NCBI GenBank assembly: GCA_964467915.1
Contig: CAYXSW010000001.1
Location: forward strand, 1,291 to 65,290
DNA from: an uncultured Marinoscillum sp.
GTDB lineage: Bacteria; Bacteroidota; Bacteroidia; Cytophagales; MED-G16
DNA length: 64,000 bases
Direction of reading: 5' to 3'
The notes beneath the pieces were generated by a model, which did no database searches, was not told the origin of the DNA, and saw only the letters and a list, made by a program, of their open reading frames with translations. Positions 1 to 9,255 of this stretch are shown here, piece after piece. The position numbers and the translations under genes are program-made. The first letter of the stretch is position 1, and each line of letters opens with the position of its first letter.

Positions 1-635
1 CCTAGCATATTATTAGGAGCCATACTCATCCCAAAATAGTACATTGATCCATTATAAACTTTGACATCTTGAACTTCCCCATCTCCGCCAGATGGTTTAC
101 TAAGATTAGTTCTGTTTCCATTTTTCCAATACGCCGGAATATTAACATGATGATTCACGTAATAGCCCCCTACATATACATTACCGTTTTGTTTGACAGC
201 AATACCATATCCTGAAGAATCTCCACCAGAAAGTTTATTTTTTTGTGTGTTTTTCCAGTAACATGCTCCATTATCTCTTCCTGCGGTATAGACGTCCCCA
301 TCATGAACCGCTATTGCATATGCTTCAGCATCATTACCCTCCAAAGTATAAGACTGGTCATCAATCCAATATGAGGCATCTGCCCCAAAAGTCCACCCAA
401 CAGAATATACTTTACCTTCACTCACAACAATATCTTCAATCTGACCATCTCCTAAATCTACTCTTTTTCCATTAAGCCAGTAACAGGCCGTGCTCTGCCC
501 AGACGCATCGGTAATATATCCTGCTATGTAAACATTGCGCCCTGGAATAATTTCTTGTACTGTTACATCAGAGTTACTGTTATCGCAACTTATTGACACT
601 AATAAAAGAGTTATAAAAAATAAAAATTTTTTCAT
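1..635 (-). CDS. Lipoprotein with ~40-aa YW-type repeats (N-terminus present, C-terminus runs off the window start)
   Basis: Hand translation of the minus strand from ATG 635-633 gives MKKFLFFITLLLVSISCDNS... (signal peptide plus Cys), open down to position 3. Repeats about every 40 aa: NVYIAGY..ACYWLNGKRVDL, KVYSVGW..ASYWIDDQSYTL, DVYTAGR..ACYWKNTQKNKL, NVYVGGY..PAYWKNGNRTNL. Missing from the ORF track because the window edge truncates it. Confidence 0.6.
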   Translation of the reverse strand, partial: MKKFLFFITLLLVSISCDNSNSDVTVQEIIPGRNVYIAGYITDASGQSTACYWLNGKRVDLGDGQIEDIVVSEGKVYSVGWTFGADASYWIDDQSYTLEGNDAEAYAIAVHDGDVYTAGRDNGACYWKNTQKNKLSGGDSSGYGIAVKQNGNVYVGGYYVNHHVNIPAYWKNGNRTNLSKPSGGDGEVQDVKVYNGSMYYFGMSMAPNNML

Positions 636-782
636 GGATTAGTCTTTATGTTGATTGTCAAAATTAATATTTCTAATAATAAATGTAAGATTATTTTATA
701 AAAAATTATCTGATTGACAATATCATGTTAATATTTGAATAATTTATCATATATGGGTAGATTAGAAATTAAAAATTAAAGG

Positions 783-1334
783 TTGAAAAAAACTAAAATA
801 GACGATCTAAAAAGAATTGAAATAGAGGAATTCAAAAAGAAAAAGAAAAGGAATGTAATCGTCATCCTTGACAACTTAAGAAGCTTGAATAATGTTGGTT
901 CTTGCTTCAGGACATGTGACGCCTTCTTAATTAAAAAAATTTATCTTGTTGGAATAACTGGTTCGCCTCCAAATAAAGATATTGAAAGAACTGCTTTGGG
1001 AGCAACAAACTCTATAGAATGGGAACACGTGAGTTGTGTCTCGAAAATAGAGAAAAAACTCAAAAAAGATCAGTGGAAAATAGCCCTAGTTGAACAAACT
1101 GATAAAAGCACAGACCTAAAAAATTTCTCACCTAAAACTAAAGAAAAGTATGCGTTTGTTTTTGGAAACGAAGTTTTTGGTGTTTCTAACGAATCATTAA
1201 AATGTGCAGATCTTGCAATAGAAATTCCCCAGTTTGGCACAAAACACTCTTTCAATGTGACGGTGTCTATGGGAATAGTTTTATGGGATCACTTCTATAA
1301 AACTACAGAGGCTCACAAAGGGATGGCAACTTAG
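783..1334 (+). CDS. SpoU/TrmH-family RNA 2'-O-methyltransferase
   Basis: 183 aa, TTG start. SpoU motifs NNVGSCFRTCDAF, FVFGNEVFGVS and IEIPQFGTKHSFNVTVSMGIVLW. Confidence 0.85.
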   Translation: MKKTKIDDLKRIEIEEFKKKKKRNVIVILDNLRSLNNVGSCFRTCDAFLIKKIYLVGITGSPPNKDIERTALGATNSIEWEHVSCVSKIEKKLKKDQWKIALVEQTDKSTDLKNFSPKTKEKYAFVFGNEVFGVSNESLKCADLAIEIPQFGTKHSFNVTVSMGIVLWDHFYKTTEAHKGMAT

Positions 1335-2196
1335 CATCAAATAAATCTTTCAGTTTCTCAAGATACTTTTGATCACATTTAATTTCTCTTCCATCCATCT
1401 CTGTAACAGGAGTAATTTCACCATTAGTTCCAGTTGCAAAAACTAAATCTGCATTTATAAATTCAACCAATGTTAAATCTCTCTCTTTGATTTCTATATT
1501 ATTTTCTTTTAATAATTCCATGAAAGTACCTCTCGTAATTCCGGGAAGACAGGCATGAGGGAAAGGGGTATACACTTTATTATTTTTAACCATAAAAAGG
1601 TTCGTGTCATTGAGCTCAGCAACAAAACCGCGCTCATCTAACATTACAGCGGCATCATATCCTGCTATATTAGCATGCATCTTTGCTATGACTAAACTAA
1701 GCATATTGTTATGATGAATTTTTGAATCTAGGAAAGCAGGGATACTTCTTCTAATAGAGGAGCTTATCGCTCTTATCCCTTTAGAAAAATCATAAACTTT
1801 CTTCTTCCACTCAGCAAGTACAATAAGACAACATCCATTTTTGTTCAGTCTAGCGTCCATTCCTGAAGTTACTTTTTCTCCTCTTGTCAAAGTAAGTCTT
1901 ATGTGGGTATCATCATTCATCCTATTCGCGTCAAGTGTTTCTTTTATTGCTTTTTTAATTTCTTCTTTAGTGGGAACTCCTTCATACCCAAGAGCATGTG
2001 CTCCCTCTTGTAACCTGGTGAGGTGTTTATCATAACAGACAATACCTTCAGGGTACACTCGCAATCCCTCCCAGACACCATCACCATTCTGTACTATACT
2101 ATCAAACACAGAAACCTTCGCCTCATCTCTAGGGAGTAGCTCCCCATTAACATGGATAAAAATCTTTTCGTTTTTTGGGTTATATTCTTGTAACAT
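1303..2196 (-). CDS. Class IV (branched-chain/D-amino-acid type) aminotransferase
   Basis: 297 aa. Fold-type IV motifs GDGVWEGLRVY, ELNDTNLFMVKNNKVYTP and LPGITRG. The ATG overlaps the upstream stop by 1 nt (TGATG). Confidence 0.85.
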   Translation of the reverse strand: MLQEYNPKNEKIFIHVNGELLPRDEAKVSVFDSIVQNGDGVWEGLRVYPEGIVCYDKHLTRLQEGAHALGYEGVPTKEEIKKAIKETLDANRMNDDTHIRLTLTRGEKVTSGMDARLNKNGCCLIVLAEWKKKVYDFSKGIRAISSSIRRSIPAFLDSKIHHNNMLSLVIAKMHANIAGYDAAVMLDERGFVAELNDTNLFMVKNNKVYTPFPHACLPGITRGTFMELLKENNIEIKERDLTLVEFINADLVFATGTNGEITPVTEMDGREIKCDQKYLEKLKDLFDAKLPSLCEPL

Positions 2197-2903
2197 CAGG
2201 CACTAATTGAATTTACTTTTAATTTATTATAATATTTCAAGGCTTCAAGATAAAGACTTTCACAATTCTTTGGTAATTCTCTACTACTTGTTTTTTGTTT
2301 TGCAAATCCAGTAGAACTATGAACATTTTTATACCAATACTCCGACCAAGCTCCGTCCTCTTTAATCCCACCAGCCGGCCAAGATAACATATCCTCATAA
2401 AAAGCAATTTCTAGTTTATCGCAAAGCTTAGTTAAGAGTAGTTTTGGGTCTTTAAGTATTTCTGCTGAATCTAATACCACTGGGTTTTGATGTTCTATTT
2501 TATTGAATAGCTCCCAAGATTTTTTGAGCCCAATATCCTGCATATTAGGTGAAGCTATTACCTGTGCAAAAGATGCAATAAGTTGTTTTGGGTTTCTTAC
2601 CAAGAACAAGTTTGTCATGTTATCTAGAAAATCTAAGTCCATCTGTTGATGGTGATGTGCCATGTTCTTTAGAAATAAAATATCACATTCATTTCTATTA
2701 AATATCTCATCTAATACTTTGTTTATGTCTGTAGACATTGACATAAGAGTATCTTCCCTTCCGGGATGATTTATATCTGTTGTGTCTAAGTAATGTGCAT
2801 AAAATGGTTCATCAATAACTTTTGTGTCCGGTCTTCGTGAAAAGGAATACATTAGTGCTGTAGATAAATTTCTAGGCCCTGAAATTAAATTAATTATTTT
2901 CAT
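2196..2903 (-). CDS. Sulfotransferase-like P-loop protein of unknown function
   Basis: 235 aa. N-terminal SGPRNLSTAL loop resembles the phosphate-binding loop of sulfotransferase-fold proteins. Translationally coupled to the class IV aminotransferase downstream. Confidence 0.5.
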   Translation of the reverse strand: MKIINLISGPRNLSTALMYSFSRRPDTKVIDEPFYAHYLDTTDINHPGREDTLMSMSTDINKVLDEIFNRNECDILFLKNMAHHHQQMDLDFLDNMTNLFLVRNPKQLIASFAQVIASPNMQDIGLKKSWELFNKIEHQNPVVLDSAEILKDPKLLLTKLCDKLEIAFYEDMLSWPAGGIKEDGAWSEYWYKNVHSSTGFAKQKTSSRELPKNCESLYLEALKYYNKLKVNSISA

Positions 2904-2949
2904 TGATAAGTATTATTAAAAACAAATTAATCATTTTTGCAAAAAAAAT

Positions 2950-5043
2950 ATGTTAAACTACAAAACATCTTCTTTATTTTATCCTCTAATTTCATTATTA
3001 GTTTTTAATAGCTCTGTTTTTGCACAAGAATCGGACTCATTAAGAACAATCAATATGGAGGAGGTTGTGATTTCTGCAAATAAAACTGAAAAGCCTTTTG
3101 TAGAGTTAACTGTCCCAGCTAAAATAATTTCAAAAAAAGACATAGAAAATTCAGGACACTCGAGGTTAGATGAGATTATTCGAGAGCAGGTTGGGATTGT
3201 CACCGTTCCTGGTTTTGGTGGAATTGAGGGGGTGCAATTACAAGGAATAGATCCCGAATATACATTAATATTAATTGATGGTATGCCATTAATTGGCAGG
3301 GTTGCAGGAATATTAGATTTATCAAGAATTTCATTAGGTTCAATAGAAAGAATAGAAATAATAAAAGGAGCATCATCTAGCTTATACGGATCTGAAGCTT
3401 TGGGTGGAGTCATAAATATAATTACCAATAAAGGTGAAGAAAATGAGGGGTTTAAAAGTAACGTTTATTATCAGTTCGGTTCATTTAAAACTCAAGATTT
3501 TTTGACTGATATTTTATTTAATAAAAACAATATAACCCTATATGGCAATTTTAATTATTATTCAAGTGACGGCTATGATTTGATTGATAATGATGATCAA
3601 AAAACAGTTGAGGCTTATAATAATCTAACATTGGGATTAGGCTTTGCTTATGACATGAAGTCCCTTGGAAAGATTGATTTAAACACAAAGATTTTTAGAG
3701 AAACTAGAGATGGGACAATATTTTTAACAAGTCCAGGGGTAAATAAAGAATCAGAGACTCATGAAGAAAATTTTTACATTAAGTACACAAATGATATTTC
3801 AAAAAATGTTTCTCTTGATGTTGATTTATATAGAACAACTTACATAAATGACGAAGAACAGATCGGTTCGAACAATATATCTAACACTAATGCTTTTAAT
3901 CAAACTCTTGATAGGTTGGATATAAGGTTTAAACACAGTACAAGCTCTGGTTCATATTATACAGTAGGGTTTGGGTTTGATAAAGAGACTCTAGAGAGAA
4001 CAAATATTTCATCAAAGCCAAAACACAATTCTCGCTTTTTATATTTTCAATATGATTGGAATACAAGTGAAAAGCTAAATTTGGTCTCTGGGCTTAGATA
4101 CGATGATCACAAACAATATAATTCTCAGGTAAGCCCCAAGGTCTCTTTTAAATATGATGTGTCTGACAAACTGTCTTTTAAGGGATCCTTTGGATATGGC
4201 TATAAAACTCCAGATTTTAGACAGTTATATTTAAATTTTTCTAATAGCTCTTCTGGGTACGTTGTTTTGGGCACCAAAGTAATTGATGAGGTGGTGAAAG
4301 AATTACAAGATAGCAATAGCTTAATTTTCTATAATGATATTTTTAATTCTAATCTTACAGCAGAAAGTTCAAATAGTTATAATTTAGGGTTACAATATTT
4401 TATAAACCCAAGTTTTCCTGTCGAAATAAATTTATTTAGAAATAATATTTTCAACTTAATTGAGACAAATCTTGTTGGAAGAAAAACTAATGGACAAACT
4501 ATATACAGTTATTCTAACCTAAATAAGGCATACACTCAGGGTGCTGAAATACAAGGAAGTTATAACCCGATAAAAAAACTGAGTATAAAATTGGGCTACC
4601 AACTCCTATACGCAAAAGACATAATGGCAATAGATGATTTTAAATCTGAAATTGTATATGCTAGAGATCCTGTATCAAAGCAGTCTTTTCAGCTTTCACA
4701 AAGTGATTACTTTGGTTTATATGGAAGATCAAGACATCAGGTTAATTTAAATCTTAACTATTATATGAACAAAAATAAAGACAACATAAACTTCCGGATA
4801 AATTATAGGGGGAAATATGCGTTAGTTGACTCAAACAACAACTCTTATCTAGATAAATATGACAAATTTATAAATGGGCACATTCTAACCAATTTGACTT
4901 ATAACAAAAAGATATCCAAAAAGATATCATTTCAAGTATTTATAAAAAACCTTTTAGGATACAAAGACGTAGAAAACTTGTTGAACAATCCTGGGAGAAG
5001 TTATTCTCTCAAGGTTAAATTCAATAATTATAACAATAAATAG
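2950..5043 (+). CDS. TonB-dependent receptor (plug + beta-barrel)
   Basis: 697 aa with a signal peptide. Plug motifs EEVVISANKTEK and IERIEIIKGASSSLYGSEALGGVINIIT. Long barrel region with alternating aromatic strands. Confidence 0.85.
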   Translation: MLNYKTSSLFYPLISLLVFNSSVFAQESDSLRTINMEEVVISANKTEKPFVELTVPAKIISKKDIENSGHSRLDEIIREQVGIVTVPGFGGIEGVQLQGIDPEYTLILIDGMPLIGRVAGILDLSRISLGSIERIEIIKGASSSLYGSEALGGVINIITNKGEENEGFKSNVYYQFGSFKTQDFLTDILFNKNNITLYGNFNYYSSDGYDLIDNDDQKTVEAYNNLTLGLGFAYDMKSLGKIDLNTKIFRETRDGTIFLTSPGVNKESETHEENFYIKYTNDISKNVSLDVDLYRTTYINDEEQIGSNNISNTNAFNQTLDRLDIRFKHSTSSGSYYTVGFGFDKETLERTNISSKPKHNSRFLYFQYDWNTSEKLNLVSGLRYDDHKQYNSQVSPKVSFKYDVSDKLSFKGSFGYGYKTPDFRQLYLNFSNSSSGYVVLGTKVIDEVVKELQDSNSLIFYNDIFNSNLTAESSNSYNLGLQYFINPSFPVEINLFRNNIFNLIETNLVGRKTNGQTIYSYSNLNKAYTQGAEIQGSYNPIKKLSIKLGYQLLYAKDIMAIDDFKSEIVYARDPVSKQSFQLSQSDYFGLYGRSRHQVNLNLNYYMNKNKDNINFRINYRGKYALVDSNNNSYLDKYDKFINGHILTNLTYNKKISKKISFQVFIKNLLGYKDVENLLNNPGRSYSLKVKFNNYNNK

Positions 5044-5070
5044 TTAATTTTAAATTCTAATAAATAGAAT

Positions 5071-5104
5071 TATATTTGGATTAATAAAAATCCAATTATA
5101 TTTT
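5071..5104 (+). terminator. Weak AT-rich hairpin + T-run after the first TonB receptor
   Basis: TTGGATT (5076-5082) pairs with AATCCAA (5089-5095) around a 6-nt loop. Flanking A:T pairs extend the stem imperfectly, then TTTT follows. Low stability. Confidence 0.3.
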
Positions 5105-5138
5105 CGCACAACTATTTGTAATAGTTCTAAATAAAGAA

Positions 5139-5750
5139 ATGGGAATGAAAAAAATATATACATTATTAATATCACTACTAATGCTTTCTTGTGGTGATGA
5201 TGATCCGGTATTAGAGCCTATTGAGGCTATGATTGTAACTAATTTAGAGGCAAAGACTACATCTGGTCCCGGCCAACCTGCAGCAGGTGATTTTGTAAAA
5301 TTCAGTTTTGCAAAACAAACTGTCGTTGAGGGAGATGATTGGGATATTGCTTTTAGAGCAACAAGCATACTAGTTAATGGTGGTTTTTCTGGAGCATCAG
5401 ACGAGCCTAATAGAAGTGGTCTGGCAGCCGGATATGTTGCGGTTGGAAATTATGGAAGCATAAAGTCTGTAGAAGAAAATTTATTGGTTCAAGATTCTGA
5501 AACAGCGAAGGCAATACCTTCTGGAAGCGGTGAAGGGTGGTATAATTACGACCCACAAACATACTTAATTACACCAATTGCTGGAAGAACATTAATTTTC
5601 AAAACACATAATGGAAGGTATGCTAAAATGGAAATTCAGAGTTACTATAAAGACGCCCCAGAAAATCCAAACGCATTTAGCAGCGAGGGGCAGACCTATA
5701 CCTTTAATTATACTTACCAACCTAATGAGGGTGTAACAACCTTTGATTAA
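5139..5750 (+). CDS. HmuY-like lipoprotein (putative haem/ligand-capturing partner of a TonB receptor)
   Basis: 203 aa (alternative ATG at 5145). Lipoprotein signal LLMLSCGDDD. WDIAFRATSILVNGG and GRYAKMEIQSYY match my recollection of HmuY family (PF14064) motifs. Sits between two TonB-dependent receptors. Confidence 0.6.
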   Translation: MGMKKIYTLLISLLMLSCGDDDPVLEPIEAMIVTNLEAKTTSGPGQPAAGDFVKFSFAKQTVVEGDDWDIAFRATSILVNGGFSGASDEPNRSGLAAGYVAVGNYGSIKSVEENLLVQDSETAKAIPSGSGEGWYNYDPQTYLITPIAGRTLIFKTHNGRYAKMEIQSYYKDAPENPNAFSSEGQTYTFNYTYQPNEGVTTFD

Positions 5751-5775
5751 TAAATAGTCAAAATACTTTATTTTG

Positions 5776-5805
5776 AAGGACCTAATCTTTAGGTCCTTTT
5801 TATTT
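5776..5805 (+). terminator. Rho-independent terminator
   Basis: Perfect 9-bp stem AAGGACCTA (5776-5784) / TAGGTCCTT (5790-5798) with a 5-nt loop, followed by TTTATTT. Lies 26 nt after the HmuY-like stop. Confidence 0.8.
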
Positions 5806-5849
5806 GGACTAATTCTAAATAAGTATTAGCATTGTGTTCTTATTTAAAC

Positions 5850-5864
5850 TTAATCTAAATAACA
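5850..5864 (+). promoter_or_regulatory. 15-nt motif TTAATCTAAATAACA abutting the ATG of the second TonB receptor
   Basis: Identical 15-mer on the minus strand at 11853-11867, 5 nt upstream of the Fe3+-binding protein ATG. Core TCTAAATAA also occurs at 5814-5822 and 5126-5134. Confidence 0.5.
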
Positions 5865-8297
5865 ATGAGACTAATAATATTACTATTCAGTGTTTTTTGT
5901 ATTAACGCTCAAGCTCAAAAAAAATCAATAGAGGGAACTATAGTTGATAATGAAACGATGCAACCCCTAGAAGGAGTAGAGATAAAAATAAGCAACTCCA
6001 GCTATAAAACAGCCACCAACAATGACGGAAAGTTTTCTTTTTCTGGATTAGAAGAAGGGGTCTACGAAATACTAATTTTCAAATCGAGCTTTAAACAAAT
6101 TAAAAAAACAGTGACTCTAACTGAAGATAAAATAAAATTTGATATTAGTCTTGAAGAAAACATTATTAATTTACCAGAACTATTAATTCAAAGTTTTTCT
6201 TTAATTAACGGAGAGAAAAACAGAAGAGAAGCCATTGGCTCGGCGCATTTTATTACCAGTAAAGACCTAAATAAATACTACAACACAAATATTCACCAGA
6301 TTCTTTCAAAAATACCAGGCATTAACTTACAAGAAGAAGACGGATACGGCCTAAGGCCAAACATTGGGATTAGAGGGACAGGGATTGAGAGAACATCTAA
6401 AATTACAATTATGGAAGATGGTATATTAATGGCCCCAGCCCCCTATTCTTCTCCTGCAGCTTATTATTTTCCAACGGCCGGAAGAATGAATTCTGTTGAA
6501 GTACTTAAGGGATCTAGTCAAATTAAATCTGGCCCCATGACTACAGGAGGATCAATTAATTTTATTTCAACACCTATTCCGGAGTTTTTTAAGTCTTCAT
6601 TAAAATTAATTGGAGGGACAAACAATTATAGGAACTTTCATGGTTATTCAGGAGGAACATATAAAAATTTTGGCATTCTTATTGAGGGTTATAATTATGG
6701 TTCTGACGGGTTTAAAAACTTGAACGATGATCAATCTACTGGGTTTAATAAAAAAGACTATAATATTAAGATAAATTATAGCGGAAAAAACACATCTACT
6801 GTATACCACGAAACTATATTCAGCGCAGGCCTGACAAATGAAAATTCAAATGAGACGTATCTTGGGTTATCAGAAAATGATTTTAAAATAACTCCTTATA
6901 AAAGATATGATGGGTCTCAAGTAGATAATATGCAAGCTAACCAAGAACGGGTTTCATTTAAAAATTATTTGGAATTTAAAAACGGAATAAACCTCTCATC
7001 GAGTATTTATTTAAATAAATTTCACAGAAACTGGTACAAATTACAAAGTGTAGTTCATGACAAAAATAAGATAGGCATTTCTTCACTTTTCAATGAAAAT
7101 AACGAAGAAGCTCTTTATGTAATAAAAGGAAACGCAAATAGCTTAGAGGATGCCTTAATAGTAAGGGCAAATAACAGAAATTATATTTCAAAGGGCTTAC
7201 AATTAGTTTTAAACAAAGCGTTTATTAGAGAAAACACAAAACACGATTTAAGTATTAGCTCTAGGGTCCATTATGATGAAATGGATAGATTTCAATGGGA
7301 AGATAAATATGAAATGTTTGATCGAACAATGAGGCTAACCACAAAAGGAATAAAGGGAGCAAATAGCAATAGAATTCAATATTCAAATGCAATTGCAAAC
7401 TATATAAACTATAAGTTAGAGAGTCAAAAATACTCTCTGACTATTGGCATTAGAAATGAAAATATAGTAGGAAAAAGAGAAGACTATGGTAAGTCAGACG
7501 CGGAAAGATTAGGTTTAGACCTTACAACAAGAGAAAACAAAATTAATGCAATAATACCGGGCTTCGGGTTTTTATATAATATTAACAAATCTTCAAATGC
7601 GTTTATAGGAATTCATAAAGGATTTTCTCCCCCAGGAGATACACCAGAGACAAGGCCAGAGGTAAGTATAAATTATGAGTTTGGTTTTAGAAAAAACACA
7701 AGAAACGCTCAAACTGAACTTATTGGTTATATAAGTGACTATACCAATTTACTTGGAGCAGACTTAGCTGCTACAGGGGGAACAGGAACAAACGAACTGT
7801 TCAATGCAGGGAAAGCAATTGTGAAGGGCATAGAGTTTTTAAGCATCCTTAACACGATACGTTCTTCTTCTAAGTTTAAACTGCCAATTTATTTTAATTA
7901 TACATTTACCGACGCGAAATTTAGCGAAGATTTCGAAAGCACATTTGACGCTTGGGGGGGAGAAATTAAGTCGGGGTATAATTTGCCATATGTCTCTAAG
8001 CACTTAATTAGTTTAGGCGCTGAATATAGCAGTAAGAAAACTAATATTAATATAGATTATTCATACAAAAGTAAATTTAGAACAAGTCCTGGATTAGAAA
8101 TGAAAAATTCTAAAGATATAATTAATGATTTTGGGGTTTTAAATGCTGCTTTAAATTATAATTTAAACCAAAATATTAAACTGAACTTATCCATCAATAA
8201 CATATTAAATAAAGTTTATGCGGTAGCCAGCAGACCAGCTGGTTTAAGGCCCGGACAACCAAGAATAATAAAATTTGGGATTAAACTGGATCTTTAA
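5865..8297 (+). CDS. TonB-dependent receptor with N-terminal carboxypeptidase-regulatory-like domain
   Basis: 810 aa with a signal peptide. GTIVDNETMQPLEGVEIKI...DGKFSF (CarboxypepD_reg-like). Plug motifs RPNIGIRG and VEVLKGSSQIKSGPMTTGGSINFIS. Confidence 0.85.
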   Translation: MRLIILLFSVFCINAQAQKKSIEGTIVDNETMQPLEGVEIKISNSSYKTATNNDGKFSFSGLEEGVYEILIFKSSFKQIKKTVTLTEDKIKFDISLEENIINLPELLIQSFSLINGEKNRREAIGSAHFITSKDLNKYYNTNIHQILSKIPGINLQEEDGYGLRPNIGIRGTGIERTSKITIMEDGILMAPAPYSSPAAYYFPTAGRMNSVEVLKGSSQIKSGPMTTGGSINFISTPIPEFFKSSLKLIGGTNNYRNFHGYSGGTYKNFGILIEGYNYGSDGFKNLNDDQSTGFNKKDYNIKINYSGKNTSTVYHETIFSAGLTNENSNETYLGLSENDFKITPYKRYDGSQVDNMQANQERVSFKNYLEFKNGINLSSSIYLNKFHRNWYKLQSVVHDKNKIGISSLFNENNEEALYVIKGNANSLEDALIVRANNRNYISKGLQLVLNKAFIRENTKHDLSISSRVHYDEMDRFQWEDKYEMFDRTMRLTTKGIKGANSNRIQYSNAIANYINYKLESQKYSLTIGIRNENIVGKREDYGKSDAERLGLDLTTRENKINAIIPGFGFLYNINKSSNAFIGIHKGFSPPGDTPETRPEVSINYEFGFRKNTRNAQTELIGYISDYTNLLGADLAATGGTGTNELFNAGKAIVKGIEFLSILNTIRSSSKFKLPIYFNYTFTDAKFSEDFESTFDAWGGEIKSGYNLPYVSKHLISLGAEYSSKKTNINIDYSYKSKFRTSPGLEMKNSKDIINDFGVLNAALNYNLNQNIKLNLSINNILNKVYAVASRPAGLRPGQPRIIKFGIKLDL

Positions 8298-9255
8298 AAA
8301 AATTCTTACAGACTGGGTCAAAATAAATTAGATCTTCTTCCGGAAAATCAACATAAATATTTGAATCTTCAGCTATACGGCTTGAAGAAAAAAAATGCCA
8401 AATCTCATTATTAATTCTACCTTTAACTTTATATTCTTTTCCTTGAAAAAAGCATTTTTCTACATAAACTTTATACTCTGACTTTTTATTAGAAACATTA
8501 ACCTTTTCTGGTCTGATATAATATGTTGCGTTCTTATGAAAAAGCTTATTCATATCTCCAAGAACTTCAGCACAATAACAATTGGCTGGCTCACAGTACA
8601 TCTTCACTGGATCATCATACTGCTGAAGTATACCAGCTTTAAAAATCAAAATTCTATCAGAAATGTTTAACGCATCATTAATATCATGAGTAACTAAAAT
8701 TGTTGTGGTTTTTGTTTCTTTGACTATTTTAAATATCTCCTCTTTCATAGATTCTTTTATTGTTGAATCTAAATTGCTGAAAGGCTCATCCAAGAGTAAA
8801 AGTTCTGGTTCTCTTATCAAGGCTCTCGCAATACAAGCCCTCTGCTGTTCTCCTCCTGAAATTTCATGAGGATATCTCTCAACTAAAAAATTAAGCCCTG
8901 TTAGCTTTAAAATATATTCTAGTTTTGAATGATATTTTTTATCAAGATTGAATATGATATTCTCTATGATGTTCAAATGTGGAAAGAGGGGGTAATCTTG
9001 AAAAACAAAACCCACTTTTCTTTTTTGAGGTTTTATAAAAACCTTTTCATTATTAAGAAAAGTTGAGTTCAATGATATAGATCCACCGTTAATTTTTTCT
9101 AACCCAGCCAAGCACTTTAAAAAGGTTGTCTTTCCTGAACCGCTCTCTCCTAAAAAAGAAATAAACTCTCCCTTTTTAACTGAGAAAGTTAAATCTTTTA
9201 TGATTGGTAGATTATGATCATAAAACTTACTTAAATTTTTTACCTCAAGATACAT
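8281..9255 (-). CDS. ABC transporter ATP-binding protein (FbpC/PotA-type, iron importer)
   Basis: 324 aa. Walker A GESGSGKTT, signature SGGEQQR, Walker B LLLLDEP. Overlaps the permease gene by 11 nt. Confidence 0.85.
   Translation of the reverse strand: MYLEVKNLSKFYDHNLPIIKDLTFSVKKGEFISFLGESGSGKTTFLKCLAGLEKINGGSISLNSTFLNNEKVFIKPQKRKVGFVFQDYPLFPHLNIIENIIFNLDKKYHSKLEYILKLTGLNFLVERYPHEISGGEQQRACIARALIREPELLLLDEPFSNLDSTIKESMKEEIFKIVKETKTTTILVTHDINDALNISDRILIFKAGILQQYDDPVKMYCEPANCYCAEVLGDMNKLFHKNATYYIRPEKVNVSNKKSEYKVYVEKCFFQGKEYKVKGRINNEIWHFFSSSRIAEDSNIYVDFPEEDLIYFDPVCKNFFKDPV

Noticed and set aside
2904-2949. Possible cobalamin or other riboswitch upstream of the first TonB receptor
   Set aside because: The spacer is only 46 nt and is shared with a divergent gene. 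That is too short and too AT-rich for any known riboswitch aptamer.
2979-3428. 149-aa minus-strand ORF inside the first TonB receptor gene. Similar antisense ORFs occur at 245-475, 14868-15212, 33027-33395, 37444-37707, 45854-46346 and 56056-56331.
   Set aside because: All sit opposite genes with strong family motifs, and none has a motif or start context of its own. I treat them as shadow ORFs.
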